Notes under the pieces: model-generated
The model's input: the letters and a program-made list of their open reading frames with translations, nothing else
What the model was told of the DNA's origin: nothing
The model's database searches: none
Position numbers and translations under genes: made by a program
Shown here: positions 24,905 through 36,498 of the stretch, in pieces
Layout of the letters: the number at the start of each line of letters is the position of its first letter
How positions within the stretch are numbered: the first letter of the stretch is position 1
Assembly (NCBI GenBank): GCA_026770705.1
Contig: JANJGN010000071.1
Location: 248,001 to 312,000, forward strand
Reading direction: 5' to 3'
Length of the DNA stretch: 64,000 nt
From: Isurus oxyrinchus
Taxonomy: Eukaryota

Positions 24905-25293
24905 CAGAAACGTGAAGCTGGGTTACAGGGTAATAGTTATGGCTCGGACCATTGTCAAATTCTATTCTGAAATAATAAGGTCCTGCATCTTCCCGTCTGA
25001 TGTTGTTTATAATCAGGGAACAGGAGAAACTTCTTTACCCAGAGAGCCATCTTTCAGGTCTCCAGACAGCCGGGTCCGATTGTGGAACCGTGGTAACTCG
25101 TGACTGTGATCCTTGGAGTGAAAGGCAATGGGAGGCCAGAATTTGTATTTCTCATTATTTAACCAGATTCCGACTTGTCGTTTGTTTTCAAAATGTGCTG
25201 GATAACTGTAGTGACACCGAATCTGTACACACGAACCTTCCTGCGCTGTCACCTCTCGTGGAGTGTCACCTTTCCACTCTTGTGACAGTCCAA
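24905..25293 (-). pseudogene. V-set exon, unit B, frameshifted by a 22-nt insertion that replaces 2 nt
   Basis: 389 nt; reads …GDLKDGSLGKEVSPVP*; the downstream half still encodes YYFRIEFDNGPSHNYYPVTQLHVS in the original frame. Confidence 0.9.
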
Positions 25294-26185
25294 CTGGGGA
25301 GAGAAATATCAATATTTAACCCTGGATCCTCATTGTCTAAGGAATCTCTTTGGATCCTCATTGTCTAGGGGATTATTTCTGATCCAAACCCCATATTGTT
25401 GTATTGTTGATTCCGATGCAGCATTGTAGACTGACTTGTCCCCAAGCTCAGCACTGACCCTACTCCAGCAGACACTGTGAAACACACTAACAAAGCGCCT
25501 CTAGCCTGAGCTCTGCATGTGTCGAGAGAAAGACAAATATACAAACTGAATATTGACACCTTTACACACGGACAGCTTTACCTTCCTTCTCTCTTTCAGT
25601 TATCTTGCTCCCTTATTGAAGTATCTAGCAAGGTGAGAATGGACAGGAAGTGTGACACTGAACAGCCTGTCTATTCTAGGAGCTGCTGTGTTGTCTACAT
25701 GGGAAATTCTGACTAAAATCAGCAAAAGACACTAATTTCAGGCCATTGCTGTCAGAGTCCTAGCCACAAGATAGACTTCATCCCCTGAATTTTGTGTCCA
25801 ATTTTCTACTCAAACTTTCACCTCCGCACACACCCACCCCGACCCCACAAGTCACTCGCTGACCTACACTGGCTCCCAGTCCAACAACAACTCGATGTGA
25901 TTATTTTCACACTTGATTTCCAATCCCTCCATCACTCCGCTCCACTCCCTGTCTCTGTAACCTACTCAAACCTACAACCCTCTGTGATCTCTGCACTCCC
26001 CCAATTCTGCTGTCAGACAGGGAGTCAGTGTATATCAGGGAGCACAGGGGTGATGGGTGAATGGGACTTGGTATGAGTTTGTACACTGGCTCACTGCTGA
26101 ATCAGTTCCCAATCAGAGCTCAATAAGAATGATCTTTTACGAAGACTATTAACCATAAATCTATCTGAGCTGACGATGATATTAC

Positions 26186-26225
26186 CTTGGAGAAGTGACA
26201 GGAGGCAGTAATATTTCCCGATCAT
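26186..26225 (-). CDS. Leader exon CDS, unit B: MIGKYYCLLSLLQ
   Basis: ATG…CAAG|gtaat, 40 nt. Confidence 0.85.
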
Positions 26226-26674
26226 TGTCCACTCCCAGATATTTCAACAGCTTCTCACTCTCAAACTCTGAAAGAGAAAGGAGTTAATGAGACCTCACCT
26301 CTTGTCCGACAGCTCTCGAGGGATCAGAACTGCTTTTAGACAATGTCTTCACGGATTAATTTGATTCTCTGTGGGATGATAGGTGCTCTGGCGAGAGTTA
26401 CAAGGCTTGAAAAAGAAAAACAATGAAGGACTTGCATTTCTATATCGCCTTTCACCTGCTCAGGACACCCCAAAGCTCATGTCCCTGCTCTTCCCTCATC
26501 CCTTGAGCTAGAAAGATGTTCTGTACAACAGACTTGAGCCTCACACCCAGATCTCAATAATCAGTAGAAATCTTTCAAAGGCATCAATCATTGGAATCTG
26601 TCTTTATAAAGTCACAACATCAACAAAGGACAGTGTTGGTCGTGGAAGTGAATTCCAATCGTTCCGTTACTTAC

Positions 26675-26815
26675 CCAGGACCTGTCCGACTGCTCGCCTG
26701 GGGAGGAACTGCCCACACGCTCTGCTTGGGCTGAATGACCTCTTCCTGTGCTGCTCCCTCTGTGTGTTTAATTAGAAAGGGTTGATGTGTCTCTGTGAGA
26801 CAAAATGAGGAAGTA
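26675..26815 (-). promoter_or_regulatory. Exon 1 and PU.1/ETS motif, unit B
   Basis: Copy of 4266-4406; donor at 26675, GAGGAAGT at 26807-26814. Confidence 0.7.
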
Positions 26816-26989
26816 GCAAAGGAGTGAGTAAACAGGCAGTAGGAATGAGTGCTTCATACCACAAAGCGTTACAACATAATCACACTTTTGACCTATTTAT
26901 TGTGATTCTGTGATGCTTCTCTTCTGTTGTTTGCTATTTGGTAACGTCAGTTTTCTACCATGGCTCCGAGGGTTAATATTTAATTGTGC

Positions 26990-28942
26990 TGTTGCAGGGT
27001 AAATACTGAGCAAGTGCGGAACCATCAGGGGGTCAGTACTGATGGGGTGCTGCTCTGTCGCAGGATCAGGTCTGAAGAAGTGCTGCTCTGTTGGAGGGTC
27101 AGCAGCAAAGGAGTTCTGCACTGTCAGAGTATTGTTGTATTGTTCCTGAGGGCGTGCTGCACTGTCAGAGGGTCAGTACTGAGGGAGTGCTGCACTGTCA
27201 GAGGGTCAGTACTGAGGGAGTGCTGCACTGTCAGAGGGTCAGTACTGAGGGAGTGCTGCACTGTCAGAGGGTCAGTACTGAGGGAGTGCTGCACTGTCGG
27301 AGGGTCAGTACTGAGGGAGTGCTGCACTGTCAGAGGGTCAGTACTGAGGGAGTGCTGCACTGTCAGAGGGTCAGTACTGAGGGAGTGCTGCACTGTCAGA
27401 GGGTCAGTACTGAGGGAGTGCTGCACTGTCAGAAGGTCAGTACTGAGGGAGTGCTGCACTGTCAGAAGGTCAGTACTGAGGGAGTGCTGCACATTCAGAG
27501 GGTCAGTACTGAGGGAGTGCTGCACTGTCGGAGGGTTAGCACTGAGGTAGTGCTGCACTGTCAGAGGGTCAGTACAGAGGGAATGCTGCACTGTCGGAGG
27601 CTCAGTACTGAGGTAGTGCTGCACTCTTGGAGGGACAGTTCTGAGGAGTGCTGCCCTGTCGGAGGGTCAGTACTGAGGGAATGCTGCACTGTCAGAGTCT
27701 TGTTCCTGAGGGAGTGCTGCACTGTCAGAGGGACAGTACTGAGGGAGTGCTGCACTGTCAGAGGGTCAGTACTGAGGGAGTGCTGCACATTCAGAGGGTC
27801 AGTACTGAGGGAGTGCTGCACTGTCGGAGGGTACGTACTGAGGTAGTGCTGCACTGTCAGAGGGTCAGTACAGAGGGAATGCTGCACTGTCGGAGGCTCA
27901 GTACTGAGGTAGTGCTGCACTCTTGGAGGGACAGTTCTGAGGAGTGCTGCACTCTTGGAGGGACAGTTCTGAGGAGTGCTGCCCTGTCGGAGGGTCAGTA
28001 CTGAGGGAGTGCTGCACTGTCAGAGTCTTGTTCCTGAGGGAGTGCTGCACTGTCAGAGGGACAGTACTGAGGGAGTGCTGCACTGTCAGAGGGTCAGTAC
28101 TGAGGGAGTGCTGCGCTGTCAGAGGGTCAGTACTGAGGGAGTGCTGCACTGTTGGAGGGTCAGAACTGAGGTAGTGCTGCACTGTCGGAGGGTTAGTACT
28201 GAGGTAGTGCTGCACTGTCATAGGGTCAGTACTGAGGGAGTGCTGCACTGTCGGAGGGTCAGTACTGAGGGAGTGCTGCACTCTTGGTGTGTCAGTACTG
28301 AGGGAGTGCTGCACTGTCAGAGGGTCAGTATTGAGGAAGTGCTGGACACTTGGTGTGTCAATACTGAGGTAGTGTCGCACTCTTGTATGGTCAGTACTGA
28401 GGGAGTGCTGCACTGTTGGAGGGTCAGTACTGAGGGAGTGCTGCACTGTCGGAGGGTCAGTACTGAGGGAGTGCTGCACTGTCGGAGGGTCAGTACTGAG
28501 GGAGTGCTGCACTGTCAGAGTCTTGTTCCTGAGGGAGTGCTGCACTGTCAGAGGGACAGTACTGAGGGAGTGCTGCACTGTCAGAGGGTCAGTACTGAGG
28601 GAGTGCTGCACATTCAGAGGGTCAGTACTGAGGGAGTGCTGTGCTGTCAGAGGGTCAGTACTGAGGGAGTGCTGCACTGTTGGAGGGTCAGAACTGAGGG
28701 AGTGCTGCACTGTCGGAGGGTCAGTACTGAGGTAGTGCTGCACTGTCGGAGGGTCAGTACTGAGGTAGTGCTGCACTGTCGGAGGGTCAGTACTGAGGTA
28801 GTGCTGCACTGTCAGAGGGTCAGTATTGAGGAAGTGCTGGACACTTGGTGTGTCAATACTGAGGTAGTGTCGCGGTCTTGTATGGTCAGTACTGAGGGAG
28901 TGCTGCACTGTTGGAGGGTCAGTAGTGAAGGAGTGCTGCACT
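26990..28942 (+). repeat. 33-bp minisatellite (gtcagtactgagggagtgctgcactgtcagagg), ~55+ units, Deu-SINE-derived
   Basis: 11-aa periodicity in overlapping ORFs. Unit matches the recalled Deu-domain text CAGTACTGAGGGAGTGCTGCACTGTCGGAGG. Shorter arrays at ~10190, 13047, 16170, 19170, 33748, 45110 and 62062. Confidence 0.9.
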
Positions 28943-29619
28943 ATCTAAAGAACATTGTACAAGTTTCACAAAATTGCATCGAATGCCTTTGTCTCACTAA
29001 CTTCAAATTTAGAACAGGAATATTTCTCGCTGTTTCTGAGCAGCAAGGCAGCTTTGATATCACACCACCCAATGGCAGGAGTGCCTAACTACAATGTGAC
29101 ATGTTTACATGGGAAGTTTCCATTATAAAGATGGGCACAATAATTCACATGATTGGAAAATCGTCACAACATGAAGTAATGTCTTTGAGCCAAGATTTTG
29201 CAGTAAAATGAGAAATTTTATGTGTAAATATCTACAGAACAGGCTGAGCATTTTAATCACTTGTGTTAATCAATGTAATTTTATTCATAACACAAATGCT
29301 TCTTACAATCTATCGCAGCATGAAAAAGGTGCAGCATTCAGAAAGCACATTCCAATCAGAGAACAGAGTTTAGCAACGTCACATTTCTGTTCATTCCTAT
29401 TCGACCATGTTGGCTGCACACAGCCAGACAATGCCGTGGTTATGATGTGTCCACACAGCAGGACTGGGGAGCACCAGGTATAAGGAAAAGTTTCAGCTTG
29501 CTGAGGAGAAGAAGGAGAATCTCTCGTTCCAGGTTTCTCTCCGTACATTAAGAAGCAGGCATGCCGATGTTTCATTGCACTCTGTCTGCTGATGGGAGTC
29601 CGCTTGGAAATTGTTGTTT

Positions 29620-30225
29620 GTGCTGATGGAAAGAATAAGCTTTTCATAAATCGAGGGATTGAGTTCAAACACAGGGAGGTTATGCTGAACATTTATAAAG
29701 CTCTGGTTAGGTCACAACTAGAGTATTGTGTCCAGTTCTGGTCTCCTCACTTTGGGAAGGAAGTGAGTGTCCTTGAGAGGGTGGGGAGGAGATTGAGCAG
29801 AATGGGTCCTGGGATGAGGGATTTTAGCTACAAGGTTGGGTTGGAGAAGCTGGGGTTGTTCTCCTTGGAGCAAAGGAGATTGAGGGGGGATCTGATCGAG
29901 GTGTACAAGATGATGATGGGTTTAGATACGGTAGACAAAGAGAAGCTGTTGCCATTAGCTGATGGGACAAGGACTGGGGGACACAGATTGAAGGTTTTGG
30001 GCAGAGGGGGATGTGAGGAGGAACTTTTTTACACAGCGAGTGGTAATGAGCTGGAACTCGCTGCCTACGAGGATGGTGGAAGTGGAGACGAACGATTTCA
30101 AAAGGAAATTGGATGGATACTTGGAAATAAACTTGCAGAGATACGGGGATAGAGAGGGGGAATGGGACTGACTGGATTGCTCGACAGAGAGACAGCATGG
30201 ACTCAATGGGCTGAATGGTCTCCCA
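29620..30225 (+). mobile_element. CR1 LINE 3' end
   Basis: YKALVRSQLEYCVQFWSPH…LGLFSLEQRRLRGDLIEVYK. Confidence 0.9.
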
Positions 30226-30354
30226 CTGTGCTGGAATGCCTCTCTGATACGAAGGTGATTCTAACCAGGACACTGACCAGTTTCAGTACAACTTAACACA
30301 ACATCACACGTTATTTGTCTGCACTGACTGACCAGATTGTTGCTGTACAAAGCT

Positions 30355-30494
30355 TCAAACAGTCTGTCGACTTCCTTTCACTGTTTGTCTCTCCCAGACA
30401 CAGACTCCAGCGATAGTGATAACCACAGCCACAAGGAATATCACAGCTCGTATTCCCAGGATCAGGATCACGTGCAGAATCTCTCCTCCACTGT
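30355..30494 (-). CDS. Activating-type TM and short-tail terminal exon: SGGEILHVILILGIRAVIFLVAVVITIAGVCVWERQTVKGSRQTV*
   Basis: Manual translation in phase 1; ~25-aa hydrophobic span with Arg (30448-30450); polypyrimidine tract upstream. The in-phase acceptor reads CG instead of AG, so it may be a pseudo-exon. Confidence 0.78.
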
Positions 30495-31824
30495 CGAGAG
30501 AACACACAGAAAGAAATCATCACTGACTCTCCGCTTTCAATCTCTCACTCTGGCTGAACAATCAAGCTTCATATCACTGCAACATTTGCTGTAATATTGA
30601 CCCATCCACTGGGATTCAATGTGGAATGAATGTTTTCATTGTAAACACTCTAAGAGTGGACAATCGGAACTTTCCCCTTAGCGTGGAACATTGGTGAGAA
30701 TGGATCATTGTGCTGTTGGACTCCCTGTCCAATGTTTCTCTCTATTGCTGTGTACAGGATTGTGCCGTAGAAAATTCTGGAAACGTTTAGTGCCGGGTGG
30801 AAATCCATCTCGGACATGTGTGCGTATCAGGCAGGATCGAGATGGACTCCCCCACGGACTTACACCCCCCGCTTAATAAACAGTTCCAATCTTTACCCAG
30901 AGAGAGGGGAGAATGTGGAACTCACTCCCATAGGGATTGGTTGAGGTGAACAGGATCGATGTATTTAAGGGGCAGGAGGGTCGGTAACCAGAGGGACACA
31001 GATTGACGAACCGGAGGGGGAGATGAGGAGAATTTGTTTTGACAGAGCGAGTTGTTGTGATCTGGAAGGTGCTGCCTGAAAGGGCGGTGGAAGCAGATTC
31101 AATAGGAACTTTCAAAAGTGGAATTGTATAAACACTTGAAGGAGGAAGATGGGGGCAAAGTGGAGTGGTGGTTAGTGGATCTGATGGGATAGAACATTGA
31201 AAAACCTGGCACAGGCACCATGGGCTGAATGGCCTCCTCCTGTGCTGTACCATTCTCCGCTTCCATGATCTCTCCCCCAGTCAGTAACCACTCCAGATCC
31301 CTCTTGAAGTTGACAGAGAAACAGCAACCACCACACCCACTGACAGCACATTCCTGAGGATCACTACTCTCTGGGAAAAGATGAACTCCCCAACATCCAG
31401 CCTATTCCTGCTTCCCAGAGAGTGTAAACCCTTCAGGGAGGCGCTGAGGAAGTTTTCAATAAAATGACATCAAATCCACCGTTTGAGAAATAATTGAATT
31501 CCGATGAACTCACAGCTTGTGGAGCAAACTGGGAAGTAGAGTTGCTTGGAAAGCTGGGAAACACAAGGATTAAGGGCTACAATGCCACCACTGATGGGAG
31601 GCTGTAACTGCAGCGTGACGTTTACATAGGCAGTCATCATTATAAACAGGGGCATTGGACATAATGGGAATTATGTGCACGGAAATAGTGAGAACATTAT
31701 TTAAGCTTTTCACCAGCAGGAATTCTCTTCCTAAACCTCTCCAACTCTCTCTTACTCTCAGATACACAAAGAAAATCACACAGAATCAGATAAGGAAGAG
31801 TTGGGTTGGTGATTCGTCAAAGAG

Positions 31825-33510
31825 TTAGGTTTCAGGAAGCTTCTTAAAAGGAGAGAGAGAGTTGGAGACGCAGAGAGTATCTGTGAGTGCCTCTATGCAT
31901 CTGAGTGTCTGTAATAGTAATTTCCATATTCTTCCATAAATATGAATGGGAACACAAATCCCAGAATTCAGGCCAACTCTCCAGTGCAGTACTGAGGGAG
32001 TACTGACATTCCAACTGGGGAGAGAAATATCAATATTTAACTCTGGATGGTTTGTAGATCCAATAGACTCGATATCCACCCCCTCCATCACTGGGGCACA
32101 GTGGCTGCAGTGTGGACCATCTACAGGACACACAAGGATCTCCCCAAGGTTTCACAATGGATGGAAGAGAATCCTGGTCACAGGAATGGACAAGTTCATT
32201 CTACATTGGCTCATGGTCCTCAGGACCCTGTTTAGTGAAGCCAGTCTTCCACCCAACACAGTGTCTACAAGATACACAGGGAAACTGTGTAAATATCTCA
32301 TCTCTCTACACCGACTGGTTTGTCTTCGGTTTAACTTTCAGTTATTTTACTTCCTTATTGTGGTTGCTATGGTGAAACTGTGCAGGAAGTGCGAGGGCTG
32401 GACTCTCTGTCTATTCTGACTGCAGCTGTGATGTGGTCGTGGTGATTCTCAGTAAAATGAAACCCTCTGAGCTCCCCCATCCCCGAGGTTTAGGGAGTGA
32501 ATTCCAGAGCTCAGGCCCCAGGCAGCTGAAGGTCCGGCCGCCAGTATTGGAGTGATGGGAATCGGGGGATGGTCAAGAGGCCGGAATTGGAGTAACACAG
32601 AGATCTGGGACTTTGGTTGGGAGAGTTGCAGGAGCTTACAGAGATAAGGAGGCAGTGTGAGGCAATGGATGCATTTGAACAAAGAGATGTGACTTTTAAG
32701 TTTGAGATGTTGTAGGACCAGGAGACAGATAGTTTAGGGGTGATGGGTGAATGGGACTTGGTGTGAGCTTGTACACTGGCTCACTGCTGAATCGGTTCCC
32801 AATAACAGCTCAATAAGAATGATCTTTTACAAAGGCTATTAACCATAAATCTGTCCGAGCTGACGATGATATTACCTTGGAGAAGTGACAGGAGGAAGTA
32901 AGATTTTCCAATCATTATCCACTCCCAGATATTTCATCAGCTTCTCACTCTGAAACTCTGAAAGGGAAAGGAGTTAATGAGACCTCACCTCTTGTCCAAC
33001 AGCTCTCGAGAGATCAGAACTGCTTTTAGACAATGTCTTCACAGAATAATTCACAGAATAATCATCCCTGGGGGATGATAGGTGTTCTGCAGAGAGTTAC
33101 AAGGCTTTAAGAATGAAAAACAACAAAGGACTTGCATTTCTATAGCACTTTTCACCACATCAGGACACCCCAAAGTATCTACAGTTCCCTCATCCCTTGA
33201 GCTAGAAAGATGTTCTGTACAACAGACTTGAGTCTCACACCCAGATCTCAATAATCAGTGGAAATCTTTCAAAGGCATCAATCATTGGAATCTGTCTTCA
33301 TAAAGTCACAACATCAACAAAGGACGGTGTTGGTGGTGGAAGTGAATTCCAATCGTTCCGTTACTTACCCAGGACCTGTCCGACTGCTCGCCTGGGGAGG
33401 AACTGCCCACACGCTCTGCTTGGGCTGAATGACCTCTTCCTGTGCTGCTCCCTCTGTGTGTTTAATGAGAAAGGGTGGATGTGTCACTTTGAGACAAAAT
33501 GAGGAAGTTG
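31825..33510 (-). pseudogene. Unit C remnant: promoter/exon 1 (donor 33369), intact leader (32876-32915), V acceptor retained, V-D2-D3 deleted
   Basis: Only ~4 nt of V remain (32011-32014), fused to sequence homologous to the post-D3 intron at ~61830-62010. Confidence 0.82.
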
Positions 33511-34462
33511 GTTCAAAGTGACAGAGCAGCTCATGTTTTGAGATGTTGGTGAACTGTTAATCCTTTGTGTCCTGACCCTGTGTTGATATTTCTGCTCACA
33601 GGTGCACAGTCATTGACCAGGAGTTTCTCCTGTGGGTCAGTGGGTTTCACACCCGAACTCAGGGAGTCAGTATGTTTTAGAATTTTGTGGGGTTCAAGAC
33701 CCCATTCAGCAGATGCCTGCCCCACAGAGTAGACTGAAATTCCCCAGTGTCAGTACTGAGGGAGTGCTGCACTGTCAGTGGGTCAGTACTGAGGGAGTGC
33801 TACACTGTCAGAGGAACAGTACTGAGGGAGTGCAGCACTGTCGGAGGGTCAGTACTGAGGGAGTGCTACACTGTCAGAGGGACAGTACTGAGGGAGTGCT
33901 GCACTGTCAGAGGGACAGTATCGAGGGAGTGCTAATCTGTCGGAGAGACAGTTTTGAGGGAGTGTTGCACTGTCAGAGGGACAGTACTGAGGAATTGTTG
34001 CGCTGTTGGAGGGTCAGTACTGATGGAGTGCTGCACTGTCGGTGGGACAGTCCTCAGGGAGTGCCGCACTGTCGGAGGGTCAGTACTGAGGGAGTGTTGT
34101 ACTGTTGGAGGTTCAGTACTGAAAGTGCGCTGCACTGTCGGAGGGTCAGTACTGAGGGAGTGTTGTACTGTCAGAGGTTCAGTATTGAGTGAGTGCTGCA
34201 CTTTCAGAGGGTCAGTACTGAGGGAGTGCTGCACTGTCAGGGGGTGAGTACATTGAGATTCCTGCTCTGCTCTATCAGCCCCTTGGCTGGACATAAAAGC
34301 CGCTGTGTTAATGTTCAGAAACGGTTATTAATTGTATTCTGGTCACCATTTTCCCTCAAAGACAGATTATCTGATTGTCATCAGAATACCTTTCTATGGG
34401 ATCCTGCTGAGCGTAATCTTGACTGTTCCAGCGAATGTATAATGAAGGGTGTCCGTTCTTAC

Positions 34463-34759
34463 CTTGCACAGTTAGTACGAGGGTCCGCTCCGATGAAACA
34501 GATGGATATCTCACTCTGCAGCTGAGTGTGTGTCCATGGTGTTTGAGTGATGGGATCAGGGTCAGAACAGAAGTATAGGTCAGAGTGACACCATGCTGAG
34601 TTACAGTGTTTGAGACTGATCCACGTACGTCAGTGGGAGTGTCCCAGGTTAAGACAGGTGCTGCTGTTCCATTGCACGTTGTGTCGAAGGTGCAGCTTAC
34701 ATCCACAGGCTTTCCTGCAATAATTTCAGCAGGGAATATCGTGGGTTTATCTGTGAAAT
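34463..34759 (-). CDS. C2 domain-2 exon, unit D (frame intact; gene otherwise disabled)
   Basis: 297 nt, ag/gt intact, near-identical to 23293-23589; no D3 exon follows it. Confidence 0.85.
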
Positions 34760-34999
34760 CTAACAGACAGAGAATGGATCCTTTTAGAGAAATATAACGT
34801 GAAGCATCAGTTCAAATAGAAATCACAGCCCTAAGATTAGAGATAGATGGGAGTGGATGACCTGATAACATTGATGGACACATTGAATACATTTAATCAT
34901 TGATATTAAAGTGAGTATTAGAGGTTGCTTTAGGACTGAACGGATGCTATCACCCGGTTATTGAGAATCAGACTCTGCGTTATACTAAACTGTGTTTTA

Positions 35000-36046
35000 T
35001 GTTGTGATGAAACTATGATATTTTTCAGAATAATATTGTCGGCTTATGGGAATGAATGTAGATGGTTCCGTCTGCGGGTCTGATTTAATTGAATTCGAGT
35101 CAGATCAACTGTGAGGTTAAAACTATCAATAGAGTTTGGTGCAAAGCAGACTTCTGAAATGGGGATGGACAAGCTAGGATGAGGGTTCCACAGAAAAGCT
35201 GTAAATGAAATTTTAGATCAGTAAAGAGAATGTTTGATTGTCAAAGGGTAGTTGGGTGTTTATAATTAACAAGATAACCAGGGCAAGGTTATTATGTGTA
35301 TTCTTCCCAAAAGGAATGGGCCATATTGACAACATGAAAGATTTTTATACTATGGGAAAAGTGTATTTCCCAAGACAGGTGCAACAATGGGATTTTATAC
35401 ATTGGAGAGAGAGAAACCAACATAAAGAAGGATGGAATGTTATGTGGGAGGGGGACATGAATTTCTTGAAAGGTACAGTAGGTGAAGACAGGTGCTGCTG
35501 TTCCATTGCACGTTGTGTTGAAGGTGCAGCTTACATCTACACGCTTGCCTGCAATAATTTCAGCAGGGAATATCGTGGGTTGATCTGTGAAATCTAACAG
35601 ACAGGGAATGGATCCTTTTAGGTAAAACGTTTCTGTTCACTTTTGCTGCTCCAGTGCTTATAGGTGTGTTAAAAGACTTTGGAATTACACTGTCAAGTGG
35701 GTGCTGCAGTAACCTTGCCGGATTCCCATTTCCATTTAAGATTTATTGGGATTGTTGCCTTCAAGGGGGTGTGTAGTTGGAAATTAGGTTAATGAGAAAT
35801 TTTGGAATTTGTTCTAATATCAAGTAACTGTAATCTTCTGTATGTGTTTGAATGTTTCTTCTTTTGTTAATACATTTCTTAATATAATTTTAAAATATCT
35901 AAAGGTGTTAGTGGACTCAATTCTTATGCATTCACATCATAAGCCTTCTCTCAACAAATGTAAATGGCAAAACCTTTGTGGTAGCTTGGCCAAGTTCCCT
36001 TTGTGGATTCTCTCCACCTGGCACACATCACCTGCCATGTCATAAC
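35000..36046 (+). mobile_element. Solo-LTR-like element (tgttgtga…tcataaca) containing a captured D2 exon fragment
   Basis: Absent from the homologous intron of unit B (~24815); related copy inverted at ~52666-53590. Confidence 0.7.
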
Positions 36047-36132
36047 AGTGTTATTATGTAAACGTCAGAGTTTGTGTTCATTCCCATTGAGTGTTGAATG
36101 TGAATGTTGAGTAATTATAACACCGCACATAC

Positions 36133-36498
36133 CAGAAACTTGAAGCTGGGTTACAGGGTAATAGTTATGGCTTGGACCATTGTCAAATTTTATTCTGAAA
36201 AAATAAGGTCCTGCATCTTCCCATCTGATGTTGTTTATAATCAGTGAACAGTCACCATCTTTCAGGTCTCCAGACAGCCGGGTCCGATGCCGGAACAGTG
36301 GTAACTCGTGACTGTGATCCTTGGAGTGAAAGGCTATAAAGAATCTTATCAGGACTTTGTCATTAAACCAGATTCCAATTTGTGGTTGGTTTTCCAGACA
36401 CGATGGATAACTGTAATGACATGGAATCTGTACACACGAATATTCCTGCGCTGTCACCTCTCATGGAGTGTCACCTTTCCACTCTTGTGACAGTCCAA
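36133..36498 (-). pseudogene. V-set exon, unit D, premature stop (CGA>TGA at 36461-36463)
   Basis: 366 nt; remainder open, with YFFRIKF. Confidence 0.9.

Noticed and set aside
27100-28940. CRISPR-like appearance of the regular ~33-bp repeats (also 38960-40150)
   Set aside because: No unique spacers, no cas genes, vertebrate context
26984-29088. Long Cys/His-rich ORFs (up to 370 aa; VLHCQRVSTEG and TVQHSLSTDPP repeats)
   Set aside because: Translation artefacts of a stop-poor 33-bp minisatellite, open in several frames on both strands
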